A DNA stretch of 63,946 nucleotides, counting the filler, from Lenisia limosa (lineage: Eukaryota > Protista > Breviatea), in NCBI GenBank assembly GCA_001655205.1. It is 13 parts of 13 records of this genome, joined end to end, with 100 filler letters (N's around TTAATTAATTAA, not from the genome) between each part and the next. Parts side by side here need not be neighbours in the genome. Positions count along the whole stretch, not along the records: positions 1 to 8,542 come from LPNZ01000834.1; positions 8,643 to 15,612 come from LPNZ01002682.1; 11 more parts are not named here. The stretch is one strand, 5' to 3'. The notes beneath the pieces were generated by a model, which searched no databases, had not been told where the DNA came from, and saw only the letters and a list, made by a program, of their open reading frames with translations. Shown in pieces: positions 1-12,029 of the stretch. A program made the translations under genes and the position numbers. The number at the start of each line of letters is the position of its first letter. The stretch's first letter is position 1.

Positions 1-1
1 A

Positions 2-82
2 CCCACTGTTGAAGCTTTCCGCAATGTCACGAACGGTTATTCTCAGGGTGTTTCTCATATCAAGTGCATGTCCCACGTCTAA
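2..82 (+). CDS. 3' terminal exon fragment of an unidentified gene
   Basis: Open frame PTVEAFRNVTNGYSQGVSHIKCMSHV* from the window edge to TAA at 80-82, followed by a G-run and AT-rich 3' sequence. Confidence 0.4.
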   Translation, partial: PTVEAFRNVTNGYSQGVSHIKCMSHV

Positions 83-834
83 GGCTGAAAGGGTAAAGGG
101 GGAGGGGGGGGGGTAATATATATTTTTATGAAACATTCCGGGTTATTATTTAACGTTAAATTAAACATTTATGGATTATGAAGTGCTTTATTCGATAGAG
201 GTTTTGTAATATAAAGTGTGTTATTAAAAATGTTTTTATGGTTTAACGTGTGTCTTCACATACAGGTCTTCAAAAATCAATGACATATCGATATGTTTCA
301 ATACAAAACACATAATACATATCCTGGATTGTATTTACTGCATTTTCTTTTTCAAAAACAAAACAGCAGAAAGCCCAAACCCCCTTTACAGTAGTTGCGC
401 AGTGACATCAGTAGGTCTAAGAAAAGGTGAAATGGAAACAAATACTGGATGTATTTTAATCCCCTCAGGATATTTAATACAATTTTATTTTAATCAATAA
501 AAATATTTATTTTTATCTTTAAGATTGCTTATGCTAAACTGATTTTTTTTAAAAAATTTGAGTGGCCTTGGGGTGAGGGAGTACAAAGAATGAACGGGTG
601 GGGACATGAAACATAAAACCTCATAGTCAACGCTGTTGGTGGGACCATCGCCTACCGGAAGTGAGGGTGTGGATTGATGTTGATGAAGGGTCCATTGGGG
701 GGTGGTGGCTAGAGTGTCATTCGACAAAACAGTGGTCACTTGAAAAGAAAGACCTTATTGATACTTGTACTATTTCACAACATCTTGTTTCTGAGAAATA
801 TTGGGTACAGTCACCCAATCATTGGCCATACAAC

Positions 835-929
835 TAGGGCTTCACTTCAGTTCGAAACAATCCAGTGAAATATCGATAGTTTTCGAAAATTTATCGATAA
901 ATTCAGTTTTCGAACCGAAGTGAAGCCTT
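835..929. mobile_element. MITE family A (hAT-type) copy
   Basis: Terminal inverted repeats tagggcttcacttcagttcgaa ... ttcgaaccgaagtgaagcc; same internal sequence as the copies at 9212, 45343 and 49320. Confidence 0.85.
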
Positions 930-1374
930 TCGTTACAACTCCTCACGGCTTTCTGCGTGCCTCCCTTATTATTGTCAAAGATGAGGATATTATATTCTTA
1001 TTACCGTCAGGTTTCACCTGAAAAGTGCCAAAAAATGCTGTCAGTCTATGCAATCTTTTTTGAGACCGAAGAGAAACCAAGGCCATTCACCGCTTACAGT
1101 GGGGCTGCGTTCTGGGAAGTAAGAGCAAGAAAGGAATTGGTTAGTAAGGAACAGTAACCGGATATCTAAAAAACATATTAACATAGACAATAGTTGAAGT
1201 ACCTCAAGAAAAAAAGAAACCCGAAAATTAACCCCTTGGGTGAGAAGATAAACCCCTTGGGTGAGAAAAAGTCCAATAAAATGTTTCGAGGTTTTATCGA
1301 GTCATTTTTCTTGTTTGGCACAAATGGGGCGGTGCATTATTGATGAAATGATGGCTGAATAATAAAAGTCTCAC

Positions 1375-3051
1375 CTTCTTCTTTGGCTTAGGCCTTTGAG
1401 CATTCCTTCTTTCCTTCTTGATTGCTTTCTCGGCCTTCTTCCTCTCAAGGTCGACAACTGCAGCTTCTTCTTCTTCATTATCTTCGCTCTTTTCAACCTT
1501 TTCTTCTTCCTTCATTTCTTTCATTACTTCTTGTTTCTCTTCTTTCACTTCTTCCTTCTTCTCCTCCTTCTTTTCTGTGATCCATTCTTCTTGTGGTGGT
1601 CCTATAAAGTGAATTTAAAACTACTAAAATAGTAGAATTTTAACGACTCAATATGAGTCCAAAAAGAGTGTTCTAATTCGTATCAAATTCCACCTACTAT
1701 TTTTTTCTTCAATCTTCTGCCTTCCAATCCAGACGGGAATGGCGTTCTCCACGGCCTTCATGATACTGTCACTATCGACGTCATCGTACTCATCATCGGA
1801 CGAGCGTGCGGCCCGTTGTGAGCGTCCTGTGTATTCCGGCTTGAGAGTCTTCTTCGTTGTCCTACACGATGGGGCTGTTAGCGCAGGAAGAAGGGAAGAA
1901 GGGAAGAAGGGAAGAAGGGAAGAAGGGAAGAAGGGAAGAAGAGAAGAAGGAAAGAAGGGAAGAAGGAAGAAGAAAACTTGAGCAAAAAAAACCCGTCAAG
2001 AACACGTGATAAAGCGCTTTTTGACTGAGGTAATTTGTATATGGTCTCCCTATGTATATATTTATTTGTTTCCCAAGATTAATAATGTATATTATTTCTC
2101 TTTTATTATTTCTTTGCACCCCCCACCTAGCGTTGGTGAACTTGCCACGGCCCCTATAAGAAGGTCGGGACGGCTTTGGACGGTCCTCTGCTGGCTTCTT
2201 TTTCTTGCCTTTGTGCACCACCTGGATTGGAGTCAGGACTGTCAAGATCCGGTGTGAAGCAGGCTTCTTTATGTTTCAAAACAAGACAGGGAAAATACAG
2301 AAATTTATCAAGGATTGAGAAATTCAGTATTGTTTGAGGATTGAAAGATGATTATGAAAAGTTAGGACTATTATACATAAACACACATACACACAAATAG
2401 TAGCCCACCCCCACCTGCCACTCAGGGTCGGCCTCTTTTGGGTAAAACGGCTCGGCAAAAAGGTTCATACCCGGCGCGGGGTTGTACTTCACTGGCTCTG
2501 TAATGTCAAAAATGTGAAGATAATCCTTATCCGATGTCTTGCTCTTCTATTCTGAAGGTCCAAACAAAGACTGAAGTCCTTAATGAATCCTCGAAATGGT
2601 CAATATTTTACGGGTCTACTTCGGACCGAAGTGAAGCCCAAACAATATTGCGTTTTTCATTTTTTTTATCTGGAAAGCCAAAAGCCTTTGTTGAATATGT
2701 ATTAAAGGGGATAAAGCATGTGGAATGTTAAAGTGCGTTAAGGTTGAAGATCATGAGAGGACCAACCCGTGCTGCCCACCTGGGATGGGTTCTTCGGGCT
2801 TAGGGTCTGTGCAGTCGGAATGCTTGGCTATCTTCTTCTTACGGCGCTGGGGGGTAAAATGGGAAAATTTATGAAACAAAAAAAACCTAAATCAACTCTG
2901 TTGGCTGAACAATACACGAGGTTTCCCCCTCCACCCCATCTTATCAATACCAACCTTGAGGGCTACAGCTCCTAGAAGGTCGAGTTTCTCTGTCTCTATT
3001 TTGGCTAACCCGTCTTCCCTGACTTGCTCCAAGATGGCTTTCATGGATTTG
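1375..3051 (-). CDS. Multi-exon Lys/Glu-rich low-complexity protein (partial model)
   Basis: GT-AG bounded minus-strand exons: KSMKAILEQVREDGLAKIETEKLDLLGAVALK, RRKKKIAKHSDCTDPKPEEPIP, HKGKKKKPAEDRPKPSRPSYRGRGKFTNAR, TTKKTLKPEYTGRSQRAARSSDDEYDDV and KKEEKKEEVKEE...KERRNAQRPKPKKK. Ends not determined. Confidence 0.55.
2845..2920 (-). repeat. Intronic element family C, 3' half, forming the intron acceptor
   Basis: Minus strand reads cagccaacagagttgatttaggttttttttgtttcataaattttcccattttacccccAG directly into an exon. Confidence 0.8.
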
Positions 3052-3249
3052 CTGGGGGATGAGAGCGTAATGCCAGAAAGACGATTATGAAAATACTATT
3101 TAAATATTGACATTCATAATGATAGCGTAGTGGATCTGAAAAAAAAAAACGAATTACGGAAGAGGTGGGATGGGGGGGGGGGAGANNNNNNNNNNNNNNN
3201 NNNNNNNNNNNNNNNNNNNNNNNNNNNNNNNNNNNNNNNNNNNNNNNNN

Positions 3250-3824
3250 TTGGAAGTCATTTCATCAGACAAGACGAATGTGATTGGACGCCTTAAGGTA
3301 GTGGTCAAAGTCTGTAGACGGCTTAGTCAGGCACTATACCCATTCTGTGTTCTTCTCGAATATCGTTCTTTACCTAATTCCACCCTATAAAGGTGCTGCC
3401 CTGGATCAGACAGGCATTATTTTAATCACCGTCAGTTTGAATCAAGAATGATGATTGAGCGTGCTTTTGGTGCACTTCAAGGGCGCTTCATGCACCTTAC
3501 CACTCCCGTTCGCTATGAACTATCGATGACTGAAGCCTTTATTTTGCTCTGTTTTCTTCTCCACAACTTTGTCCTTCGAAGCGATGACCGATTTACCATT
3601 GCATCATATGATCCTGATGACTCAACTGATGTAAGTGTTATCCCCTTCCCCCTTTGTTATTTGATTTAGGGCAATGCTGGTGGTGACCACTTTGATGAAT
3701 CCAACAGTGGGAATTCCGTGATACCTTGTTTAATAGCTTGACGGAACACTAGGGTGATGCTCCTGACATCCAAGAGCGGTTGCTGTCGCTTACCGACCAT
3801 CTCTGCGGTTTGAGCTGTGACTGA
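3250..3824 (+). mobile_element. PIF/Harbinger (DDE_Tnp_4-like) transposase, C-terminal part, intron-containing, possibly degenerate
   Basis: Reads RHYFNHRQFESRMMIERAFGALQGRFMHL...FILLCFLLHNFVL, matching the Harbinger FN..HS..R..VERAFG.LK.RF..L and C..LHN motifs. Donor gat|gtaagt near 3630, then short downstream exons. Frame upstream of RHYFN is disrupted or spliced; 5' part lost at an N gap. Confidence 0.75.
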
Positions 3825-3919
3825 TTATTTAGTGTTACCATTGATGTATGGCTAATGCAATAGTCGTAATTTGATCTTTGATGATTTGTTAATGCCTGTC
3901 AGATACTTGTTGACCACTT

Positions 3920-5064
3920 GCAAGAGCAGAGGCTGCATTGGCTGCTGTTGCTGCTGTCCAGGGTGAAGAAGCAAACGTAAACGTCTAAGATCAACAATAG
4001 GAATTCACGAGCCTCACTAAAAGCTTTGCTAAGATCATGGCTGCTTATCAAGAGATCACAGCAATACCTTCCTGAGAACTGTCATTCTCACTGAAGTCTG
4101 CAATTGAAGTATGCTATACTTGCAAGTATAGAATAATTCAGCGTAAATAAAAATGATCATATTGTGATTATTCAGGGCTGGGCCAAAGACGCGACTATTG
4201 CCAAGATCCAGTATGCATCCACTACCAACATCAACGTTGAAAGGCATGGTTTGAAGTACCAAAATCACTTTCCCATCTCCTTCTCCACCATAAAACTGCT
4301 TTCACCTTGATCGACTTAATAGAAACAGATTCCAGTGTAGAAATGAACACACCATTTCCAAATAAAGTAGAATCTTCTGTTGCTATCGCCGCTGCTGCCG
4401 CCGTTGGAAGCCTGCGCAAGCGCTGCCCTGATAACAACGGTAAGCTTATCACAAAAGCTTCCATTGTAAGCTGGTCTATCAACTAAAGGGAAAAGGATTT
4501 TCTTGGTGACCGGAGTGGGTCTCCACCCTTTCTATATTTTGATAAAGGTCAATGCCAGTCTTTATTCTCAACGCCATCCTCTGCTTTTGGTTATATTCTT
4601 GACAATTGTCAGGGTCCAGAAATCCTAGTTGACCAACCAGCGTTTGACCTCAGTAAGAAATGGTATTTTGCTCATTGCAGACACTGTGCATACGGAGGCA
4701 TCCAGTTCGAAGACCCCGACAGCTGCACCGATACCTCCGTCGAGTACGACCCGGTTGCAGGATGTATGAGTGATGGGAAGAACTTTCTGGCAAGGACCTC
4801 GACGTCTCAAGTGGCCCGATCCGAGCCAAGCTGCCTGCTGTTAACGGTGGCCGCACTTACATACCCGTTTGGGGGCAGTATTATTGAGGGACTGCGACTG
4901 ATTTTCGTATTAAATGGCAAGAGAGGGCTGATTGTAATAGGAACCTCACCGATGGCCGAAAAGGCGGGGTCCGCCAGGAATGGCAGCACCCCAGCCCCCA
5001 CTTAAACGTTGCTGGATGCGTTGCCAGCCTCCCATCGGATCAAGTCGTACCCGGCCGTTATTGA
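3920..5064 (+). CDS. Hypothetical multi-exon protein with short introns
   Basis: Exons with C-ending codon bias: ARAEAALAAVAAVQGEEAN | EFTSLTKSFAKIMAAYQEI | GWAKDATIAKIQYASTTNINVERH | SSVAIAAAAAVGSLRKRCPDNN | VDQPAFDLSKKWYFAHCRHCAYGGIQFEDPDSCTDTSVEYDP | DLDVSSGPIRAKLPAVNGGRTYIPVWGQ | NLTDGRKGG...VVPGRY*. One junction unresolved; may be two genes. Confidence 0.45.
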
Positions 5065-5669
5065 GCCTTTGAAAGGTAATCCCACAGTTTGCGACTGAGT
5101 GTGACTTTCCCATTGAAACCGCCCAGTGAAGCAGTCAGGCGAAAGAGGACCCTGTTTTTTAGACAAGTGTATGAGGCTTCTCGTTCTGTCCTGTCAGCTC
5201 CTCTGATGGTTTGTGCTTTGTTGCAGCTTTGCTGTACATTTGTTTGATCCATTGGCAGCTTTGGATAACATTTTGATCCAAAAATCAAAGATCCAGATCC
5301 GATAATAAGGGTGTATTTAGAAGTAATCCCTTTTATGATCGATAAATAAAATTAAGTTGAGCAATATTTGTTATTTGAGAGTTATTCTCGCATGTACGAC
5401 ATGTCAGACGCTTTCAATCTAAAGCAAAACTCTGTGCCTTATACTTTCCAGAGTACTTTCAAAGTATCTTTTGTTCAAATAGGAATGTCTCTAATAGGCA
5501 CACTTCGATATTTTGACAAGAAAAAAGAAAACTTGAGAGCTAATAAACACAACACACCATCTCAGAAAACAAAACAAAAATATGAATAAACACGAAGATA
5601 GAAATCCATTTCTGACCAAAAAGAAGGGAGTATCTTCATATTTTCAAATAGTATTTTTGATATCCTCTA

Positions 5670-6435
5670 AAACTGGTCTTTCAATCCCTCACCCTTACCC
5701 ACCTCAGTGTGGTTACTGCTGGGCAAAACTACAAAAATTAGATGATGCTTGAGAGCAGAGGGGGGAGTAAAGTAAAGGAAGTGCGATGAGTGATAGTGGC
5801 GCAACAATAGTACTCTAATCGAATAATTGCGATCGTTTTCATCCAAAAATATGCAATGTTCCCAGTGCACTGGCCCCTAATACGGGTCTGATAAAGCACA
5901 AAAGAAAAAAATAGATACACATGACACATTAGGCGCTTATCGACTAATTCACGACACATATAAAAAAGCTCTTTGACTTGTTTATTTTAAGACCTTTGGG
6001 AAAACGGACACTTCTCTCGCCCAACGCTTACGTCAGCAATTTGGTTGAATAAATCATATGCCTTCACAGTTTCCTCCAGAATTGGCTGGGGGAGGGATGA
6101 GAAATTTGGTGCCTTATCATAACTAGTACAAAGAGTATCGTTGAAATGTATCGACCAATAGGTGAAGCAGAACTATCAACCCACATTGAGCTAGCTCCTC
6201 AAATATAGAAATCACACTGTATGACAAGTAAGCTTCAGCCCCTTTCTACGGGTCAGCAAACCATTGCATCCTCAGCCGAGAGGTTTTCATAAACAAGGTC
6301 ACAGAGCTTCAGGAAGACAGAGTGAGTAAGTCGAACTGCGAAAGCTCCACTGCAATGTGAGGTGGTGCGTGGTAATGCGTGGTAAATATGAACAGCAATG
6401 GTTTTAAACTCATATAAGCGCACTTTATTTGCCAT
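5670..6435 (-). CDS. Hypothetical multi-exon protein
   Basis: Candidate GT-AG exons VRLTHSVFLKLCDLVYENLSAEDAM and PILEETVKAYDLFNQIAD; no family recognised. Confidence 0.3.
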
Positions 6436-6660
6436 TAAGCAGAATTACAAGACCTATGCTAATATTAATGGGAGTACTGAATTGCATTCCTGCTCTGCAA
6501 TATTAATTATTCTTCATATGCTTTATATAATATGATAGTGTGAGGTATGTCATGTATGCTATATTATTTGTACAATAATATCATGTGATAGCAATATTCT
6601 GCAATACACCAAATATTATGTGGCATTAAAGTTCACAATTAACCCTCTCTCTCTCCCGAA

Positions 6661-7900
6661 TTATGCAGTCCAATATCCAGCCACCAACTCGAGAAGAAGT
6701 TTGGACTTCTTGAGTTCATCACCGGACAAGGTCAGGTAAAAATCGGGATAGTTGAAGGGGTCCTGAAAAGGTAAGCGAAAGCACTGGAAACTCGTTTTAA
6801 TATGACATAATACAAGTCCTTCGATGGATGAGAAGACGGAAAAAATTCCAATTCGGAGCAATTGCATCTTACACACCCATTCCGCATATTTTTGTTCTCA
6901 AAAAGTAACATCTAAACGAGCTGCCAATGCCCCATCCGGTTCTTGGTCGCTGAGGGTTCAACTATTTCGACACAAATTCGACGACTTTTCTTCATAAATC
7001 CCCAAAAATCCGTTCAATTAGCCTAGCCCCCTACGGCCAAGTGCTCCCCATCCCACCTCGGGATGGAAGGTGGCCAAAGAGAGTTCAATGGCTGCGGCAG
7101 CCACGGTCAAGGAGTTAGAGATGTTCCTGTAGAAGTCTGAAAGATGAGCTTATTTCTGAGCCAGGGCTTGAGCATCGAAACCTTTGGCGAAAGTAATTGT
7201 GAATTTTAGCTCAATGATTTACCACAAAAAAAAATGCTTCATGAACTTCAATTTGGAGAAATGAGCCGTTCACACCATCGCGCTTTTGGATATAAGTATT
7301 CATCTACCCAACCATTTCAACATCACCATACCTTTTGGGAATTGATGAACTTCTCTATCCTGAACCCCGAGAAGAAGACTGCAGTGATGTTTCATGGTTT
7401 TCACCTGCATGCAGTTAATCATTCAACCAGACTGGCTTAGATCATGTTATCATGCCGTGGCCTCACCAGTTGCTTTAACTTCTGGGAATACACCAGACCT
7501 TGCATTACATTCTCGAGGAGCTTGTCCTGGAAGGTTAAACTCCACAATGATAGACTCGATTTAGGATTGGGGCTGATAAGTGTGGAGTGGAAAAGGGAAA
7601 TGTACATACCTCTGGCGCTTCAAGCATACCCACACAGAATGGCATTTTTACAGGGCAGCAATAAAGAAAAGAGTCTAAAAAAGCAGAAAACCAATACTTA
7701 AATACTGACGCAGACGTGGCGTGACTATAAATAAAAAAATTGGGGGAAATTTTTAGCACAATTCTGAAGCATCTATAGGGATATTTATTGGTTTTATAGC
7801 TATAACAGTTATTAGAATACCAGATTGCGGAGTAACTCTTCAAGGATGGAGATTGGAGATATCCCAGAGCGCTTCGCATCGCCTGGCATCGAGGTTCTTG
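6661..7900 (-). CDS. Hypothetical multi-exon protein
   Basis: Exons CPVKMPFCVGMLEAPE, DKLLENVMQGLVYSQKLKQL, VKTMKHHCSLLLGVQDREVHQFPK, DFYRNISNSLTVAAAAIELSLATFHPE and terminal DPFNYPDFYLTLSGDELKKSKLLLELVAGYWTA*, with canonical splice sites. Confidence 0.5.
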
Positions 7901-8820
7901 TCCTCAGGTGAGACACGGAAACTATCTGAGACTACTTCCCACACCATTGCCACCTCCCCTTCTCGACTTCCTATATGTGCTTGCCTCTCCCCCTAATATT
8001 CCAATCCCCCCTTTTCTCGATTGATATCACATAGTAAACCATTTGGCCTGAATTAATGCTGGTGTTAGATGCTGACTTGCGCCATCCATACCATTGTGTA
8101 AATGCCCTCTCTTCTTCTTGTATAGTATTTGTGTTGTTTTTGTATATGTTTACATGTCTTTTTTTTTAGAGGTTAATCTGTTTTTCTTGAAAGACCTTTC
8201 TCAAATGTCACAAGCTCAGTAATTCACTTCATCACTTTGCCTTATTGGGATTTAACTACTCTGAAAGCGCTTCCAAACCTAACTCCTCTTACTATGGGGA
8301 AGACAATATGCATCACTGAATATCATAATCTCAAATATACGTTTTACACCTACCTCCACGCTTTTCGCAAATCATTACCCTCTCTTTATTGTGGCCACCA
8401 TCCCTCAACTGACAGTGTTGATTTGGAATTTTTTGTTTCATAATTTTGCAATTTTACTCATCAGAGTTGATTCTGGGGTTTTTTTTTTGTTTCATAATTT
8501 TCCATTTCATCGAAATGTCCTTTGCTTACCCCCCCCCCCCCCNNNNNNNNNNNNNNNNNNNNNNNNNNNNNNNNNNNNNNNNNNNNTTAATTAATTAANN
8601 NNNNNNNNNNNNNNNNNNNNNNNNNNNNNNNNNNNNNNNNNNAATGGGGTTTGTGGCCGCGTTTTCTTAAGGTTTGGGGGTTTGAGAGAGGAGGGTAGGG
8701 TAAAGTAAAGCTTTCGTCACCTTGACTGTTTTTGGATGATTCGTAGGACTCTATACAATGAATTTTATGAGGAAATTGAAATTAAATTGCCTGAAATGAC
8801 ATAATTACATTTCTTCCTAG

Positions 8821-11284
8821 GAATACTCACAAAAGCAGTGTGCAGTCTTCATTTATCGCTCGAATGGCACGAAACTTGGCGAGTTCAAGAAGGACGTTTC
8901 TTCCCTCGGGATCAGAGTAAGTGTCGTCGCCGTATAGTAGTATATTACATTTAATAAAACTGACTATATGAACGTATTCTTTTTATATTTTTCATTAACA
9001 TAATGATTGTTGAAATAATATTATACTATAATTCAATATCTATACACAATCTTGTTTTTTATTTCTCATTGCTAAATATTATTACTTGTAGTCAATGGCT
9101 TTCTCCCCCACGGGGCAACACCTCGCTATCGGACTGTTTTCCGGCACCGTATGGGGGTAATGGTTTTTTGGGCATTAGAGTTGATTTTGGGCTTTTTTTG
9201 AGTGTAATAAACAGGGCTTCACTTCGGTTCGAAAAAGAACACTAAAATATCGATAGTTTTCGAGGATGTATCGAGAAATTCAGTCTTTTTTTGAACGGAA
9301 GTGAAGCCCTAGTCATAAATTTTCAATTTTACCCCCCTCCCCCCTCTCCAGACTCTAGTTCTCAACCATCTAACCTGGGGGGTGTCGGCAAAGATGGCAC
9401 CAACCATCCTCAATACTCGCGCGGTACGTGGGGGATTATTTCGAGTAGGACTTTGGGAGTAGGACTTTTAGAGTGGGACTTTGACTTCTTTTTTTTTGAG
9501 TTTTTCTGAAGCGAAGATATGTTATGATCGGGCTTGTTCGTTATGTTGTCAAAATGTATGTTGGGAGGGAGGGACTTTTCTTTTGAGTTTATCTTCAGTA
9601 TATTTTGTTCGGATGCTGGAACTTTGAATGAATTGGGTGTTTTTCTAACTTATTATGTTATCTCAGGGGTGAGTTGATTCTCGGTTTTGTTTCATAATTT
9701 TCCATTTTTACTCCTCGCCTCACTCCACCATTCTGTTCAGATAATTCTACCTTTAACTCACCCTGCAGGTTTGCTATCAGGAAGTGTCATCTACATACGA
9801 ATCCAAATGTAAGGATATAGAGATAAAAAATATAAAAAGGTTGTATCTGACCGGAGTGGTCCACAGCATCACTCTTATGACAGTTATTGGATCATAGTAT
9901 AAAAGAAATAATATCATATGTTCATGAAAAATCTAGGGAAATAAATAAATACATAGGGATACTAGAACGATAAATCACCATGCTCTCCGGTGCCCCCCCC
10001 CCTTCCTAAGCATGACATGATCCCTCCAATATGCTTCAAAGACAAGCATCCTGACTTTTCAGATGCTGTCTCCACTAGTATGGAGCTTGAGGAATGCCAG
10101 GCGGTATGCGGGGGTTGTTTTGGTTTACACCAAACCATTCGTTCTTTTTCCGTTTTGCTTCTTGTTTTTTTATGTCTCACAACGCAGGTTGACCCGAAGA
10201 AGCCGAACCCAAAAAGAGGAGTTTCCCTCATTACGTGGTCGCCATGCAATCGCTACTTGTCCTGTAAAATCGGTCGGTTGTAACCCCCTCCGTAGACCCC
10301 CACGTCAATTCTGGGCTTCTTTTTTTTTTTTTCATAATTTTCTATTTTACTCCCCACATCATAACCCTCCTTGGGGTTTTTTTCTTTTAAAAATGTCTTT
10401 TTGGAGCTCTCTGATTCAAGCAAGCTTATCTAATCACAGCAATACAAAACCATTTCATTCCGTCTTTAACTTTTAAATTGGATTCTTTTTTTGTCTTTTC
10501 AAAAACGCTTATCATCCAGAGCACCACCCTCGAACAGTGTACGTATTTGACGTGCAAGCGTTTTCGTTGTGCTCGATCATACGTCAAGTTAACCCAGTCA
10601 CTGTTTGTGGGCGTTTGAGTGTCCTGAGATATACTGTTCTTGCTTCATTGAAATCGAGAGATATTAATGAGGATCATTGCATTTGCACAGATCAGTGAGC
10701 GTTACATTGTATTACGTACAGACAGTGACCGAATAAATCTTGACCTCTTTTACATAGCAAATTGGTCAGGTCTTATCCTTTAGGAATGTATTATTTGAAA
10801 CCTTTCTTTTTCGGTCAACTTTAATGTATCTGAAAACTTCCTTTTTCTTTTTCATAGAGAGATTACAACTGAATAGTAGAAAGTCAACTTCATCGTATTA
10901 CGGGTTATCTTGAAACCTTCCTTTATCAATCGAACTAACTCCCCAGTGTCTGGACTGGAATCCAAAAACCTCACTCCTGTGTATCTCCACTGACTCATGC
11001 AAGGTATAGCGGATTGCATTTTATCTCTTGTGTTCTACTGTCTCAATATCATGCTTGTCAACTCGCGAGCCACTCCTTATACGAAATCATCACCCCCATA
11101 AATCCATATTTTCACCCCTTCACAATCTTCTATTTGTTTTGCTGTGCTCAACCCTCTTGTGTTGTAAGCCAACAGAGTTGATTTGGGAGTTTCTTTTTAT
11201 GTTTCCTTTTTCCAATTTTTCTCGCCTCACAATCCAGATTTTCTTCTGGTCACCGGAGTCAGTTTCGGCCGTTTCAATTCCGAT
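8821..11284 (+). CDS. WRAP73: WD repeat protein WRAP73/WDR8 homolog (5' truncated at scaffold edge)
   Basis: Spliced exons give ...CAVFIYRSNGTKLGEFKKDVSSLGIR|SMAFSPTGQHLAIGLFSGT|..LNHLTW..|VCYQEV..|VDPKKPNPKRGVSLITWSPCNRYLSCKI|EHHPRTVYVFDVQAFSLCSIIRQVNPVT|CLDWNPKTSLLCISTDSCK|IFFWSPESVSAVSIP. This is colinear with WRAP73 motifs (SLGIKSVAWSP, LNHVTW, NPKIGI, FQWDP, LYLWSP). Confidence 0.85.
9212..9311. mobile_element. MITE family A copy nested in a family C element
   Basis: TIRs cagggcttcacttcggttcgaa / gaacggaagtgaagcccta; flanking 8-mers gtaataaa (9204-9211) and gtcataaa (9312-9319) match at 7/8. Confidence 0.9.
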
Positions 11285-12029
11285 GAGTTGGCGCGGGGGT
11301 GACTATTCAATTTGAAACCGATAATAACGATAGTTTGCCTGTCGGAAAACTAGGCCCAGTCCAAATAATATATATAAATAGCGGATTCACTTCGGTTCGA
11401 AAAAGACTGAATTCTTGAGAAACCATCGATATATGATACACATATATTTCGATAATGCAGATTCATACCTTTGTGAAGTCTCAAGTATAGATACACTCTA
11501 GGATGGTCCATTTACAACCCCCATTTAAAGATTTTACNNNNNNNNNNNNNNNNNNNNNNNNNNNNNNNNNNNNNNNNNNNNNNNNNNNNNNNNNNNNNNN
11601 NNNNNNNNNNNNNNNNNNNNNNNNNNNNNNNNNNNNNNNNNNNNNCTGTGTTGGACTTGAAAGCGGTGCTGGTCGCATACTACAGCGAATTGGAGGCTTC
11701 CTTGTTTGGGGGCTTGTCGTTAACATTTTGACACATAATGTGGCCTTTTTTTATTTTGACAAATCATATCTACTATATGCATATGTCAGTTTTGTTTTTG
11801 ACATTATCATTTTGGGGGGTACACCTAACCACCACGGCTCATCGATATGGGGACTCCATGTAGTATGTGGGGCTCATCTAAAAAGAGGGTGGCAACATCT
11901 GGATTTAAAAAATAAAAAGTGATAAAAGTGGTATTTTATGAACAAAATTAATAAATAAAAGGTTAATTTTTGCAACTGCAGACGTTTTTTCAAAGAGCCA
12001 CCCCATTTTTAGACAAGCCAGAAGTCGAA

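Noticed and set aside
835-929. GGTTCGAA in the MITE A termini as a tRNA T-loop or Pol III B-box (tRNA gene or SINE)
   Set aside because: No cloverleaf, A-box or poly-A/T tail; the motif is part of a terminal inverted repeat with 8-bp TSDs.
1396-1981. Plus-strand Phe/Leu/Ser-rich ORFs resembling membrane proteins
   Set aside because: Antisense shadows of the Lys/Glu-rich exons and a purine-rich 8-bp repeat on the opposite strand.
3840-5060. Minus-strand ORFs with RNase H or RT-like fragments (IATEDSTLFG, FELDAS, DLSKAF) suggesting a DIRS/LTR/LINE remnant or Harbinger Myb partner
   Set aside because: Motifs are isolated and out of order. The plus strand gives GT-AG exons with host-like codon bias, which explains the region better.
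8217-8400. Possible N-terminal exons of WRAP73
   Set aside because: Separated from the WRAP73 exons by the linker at 8587, and I could not build a consistent reading frame.
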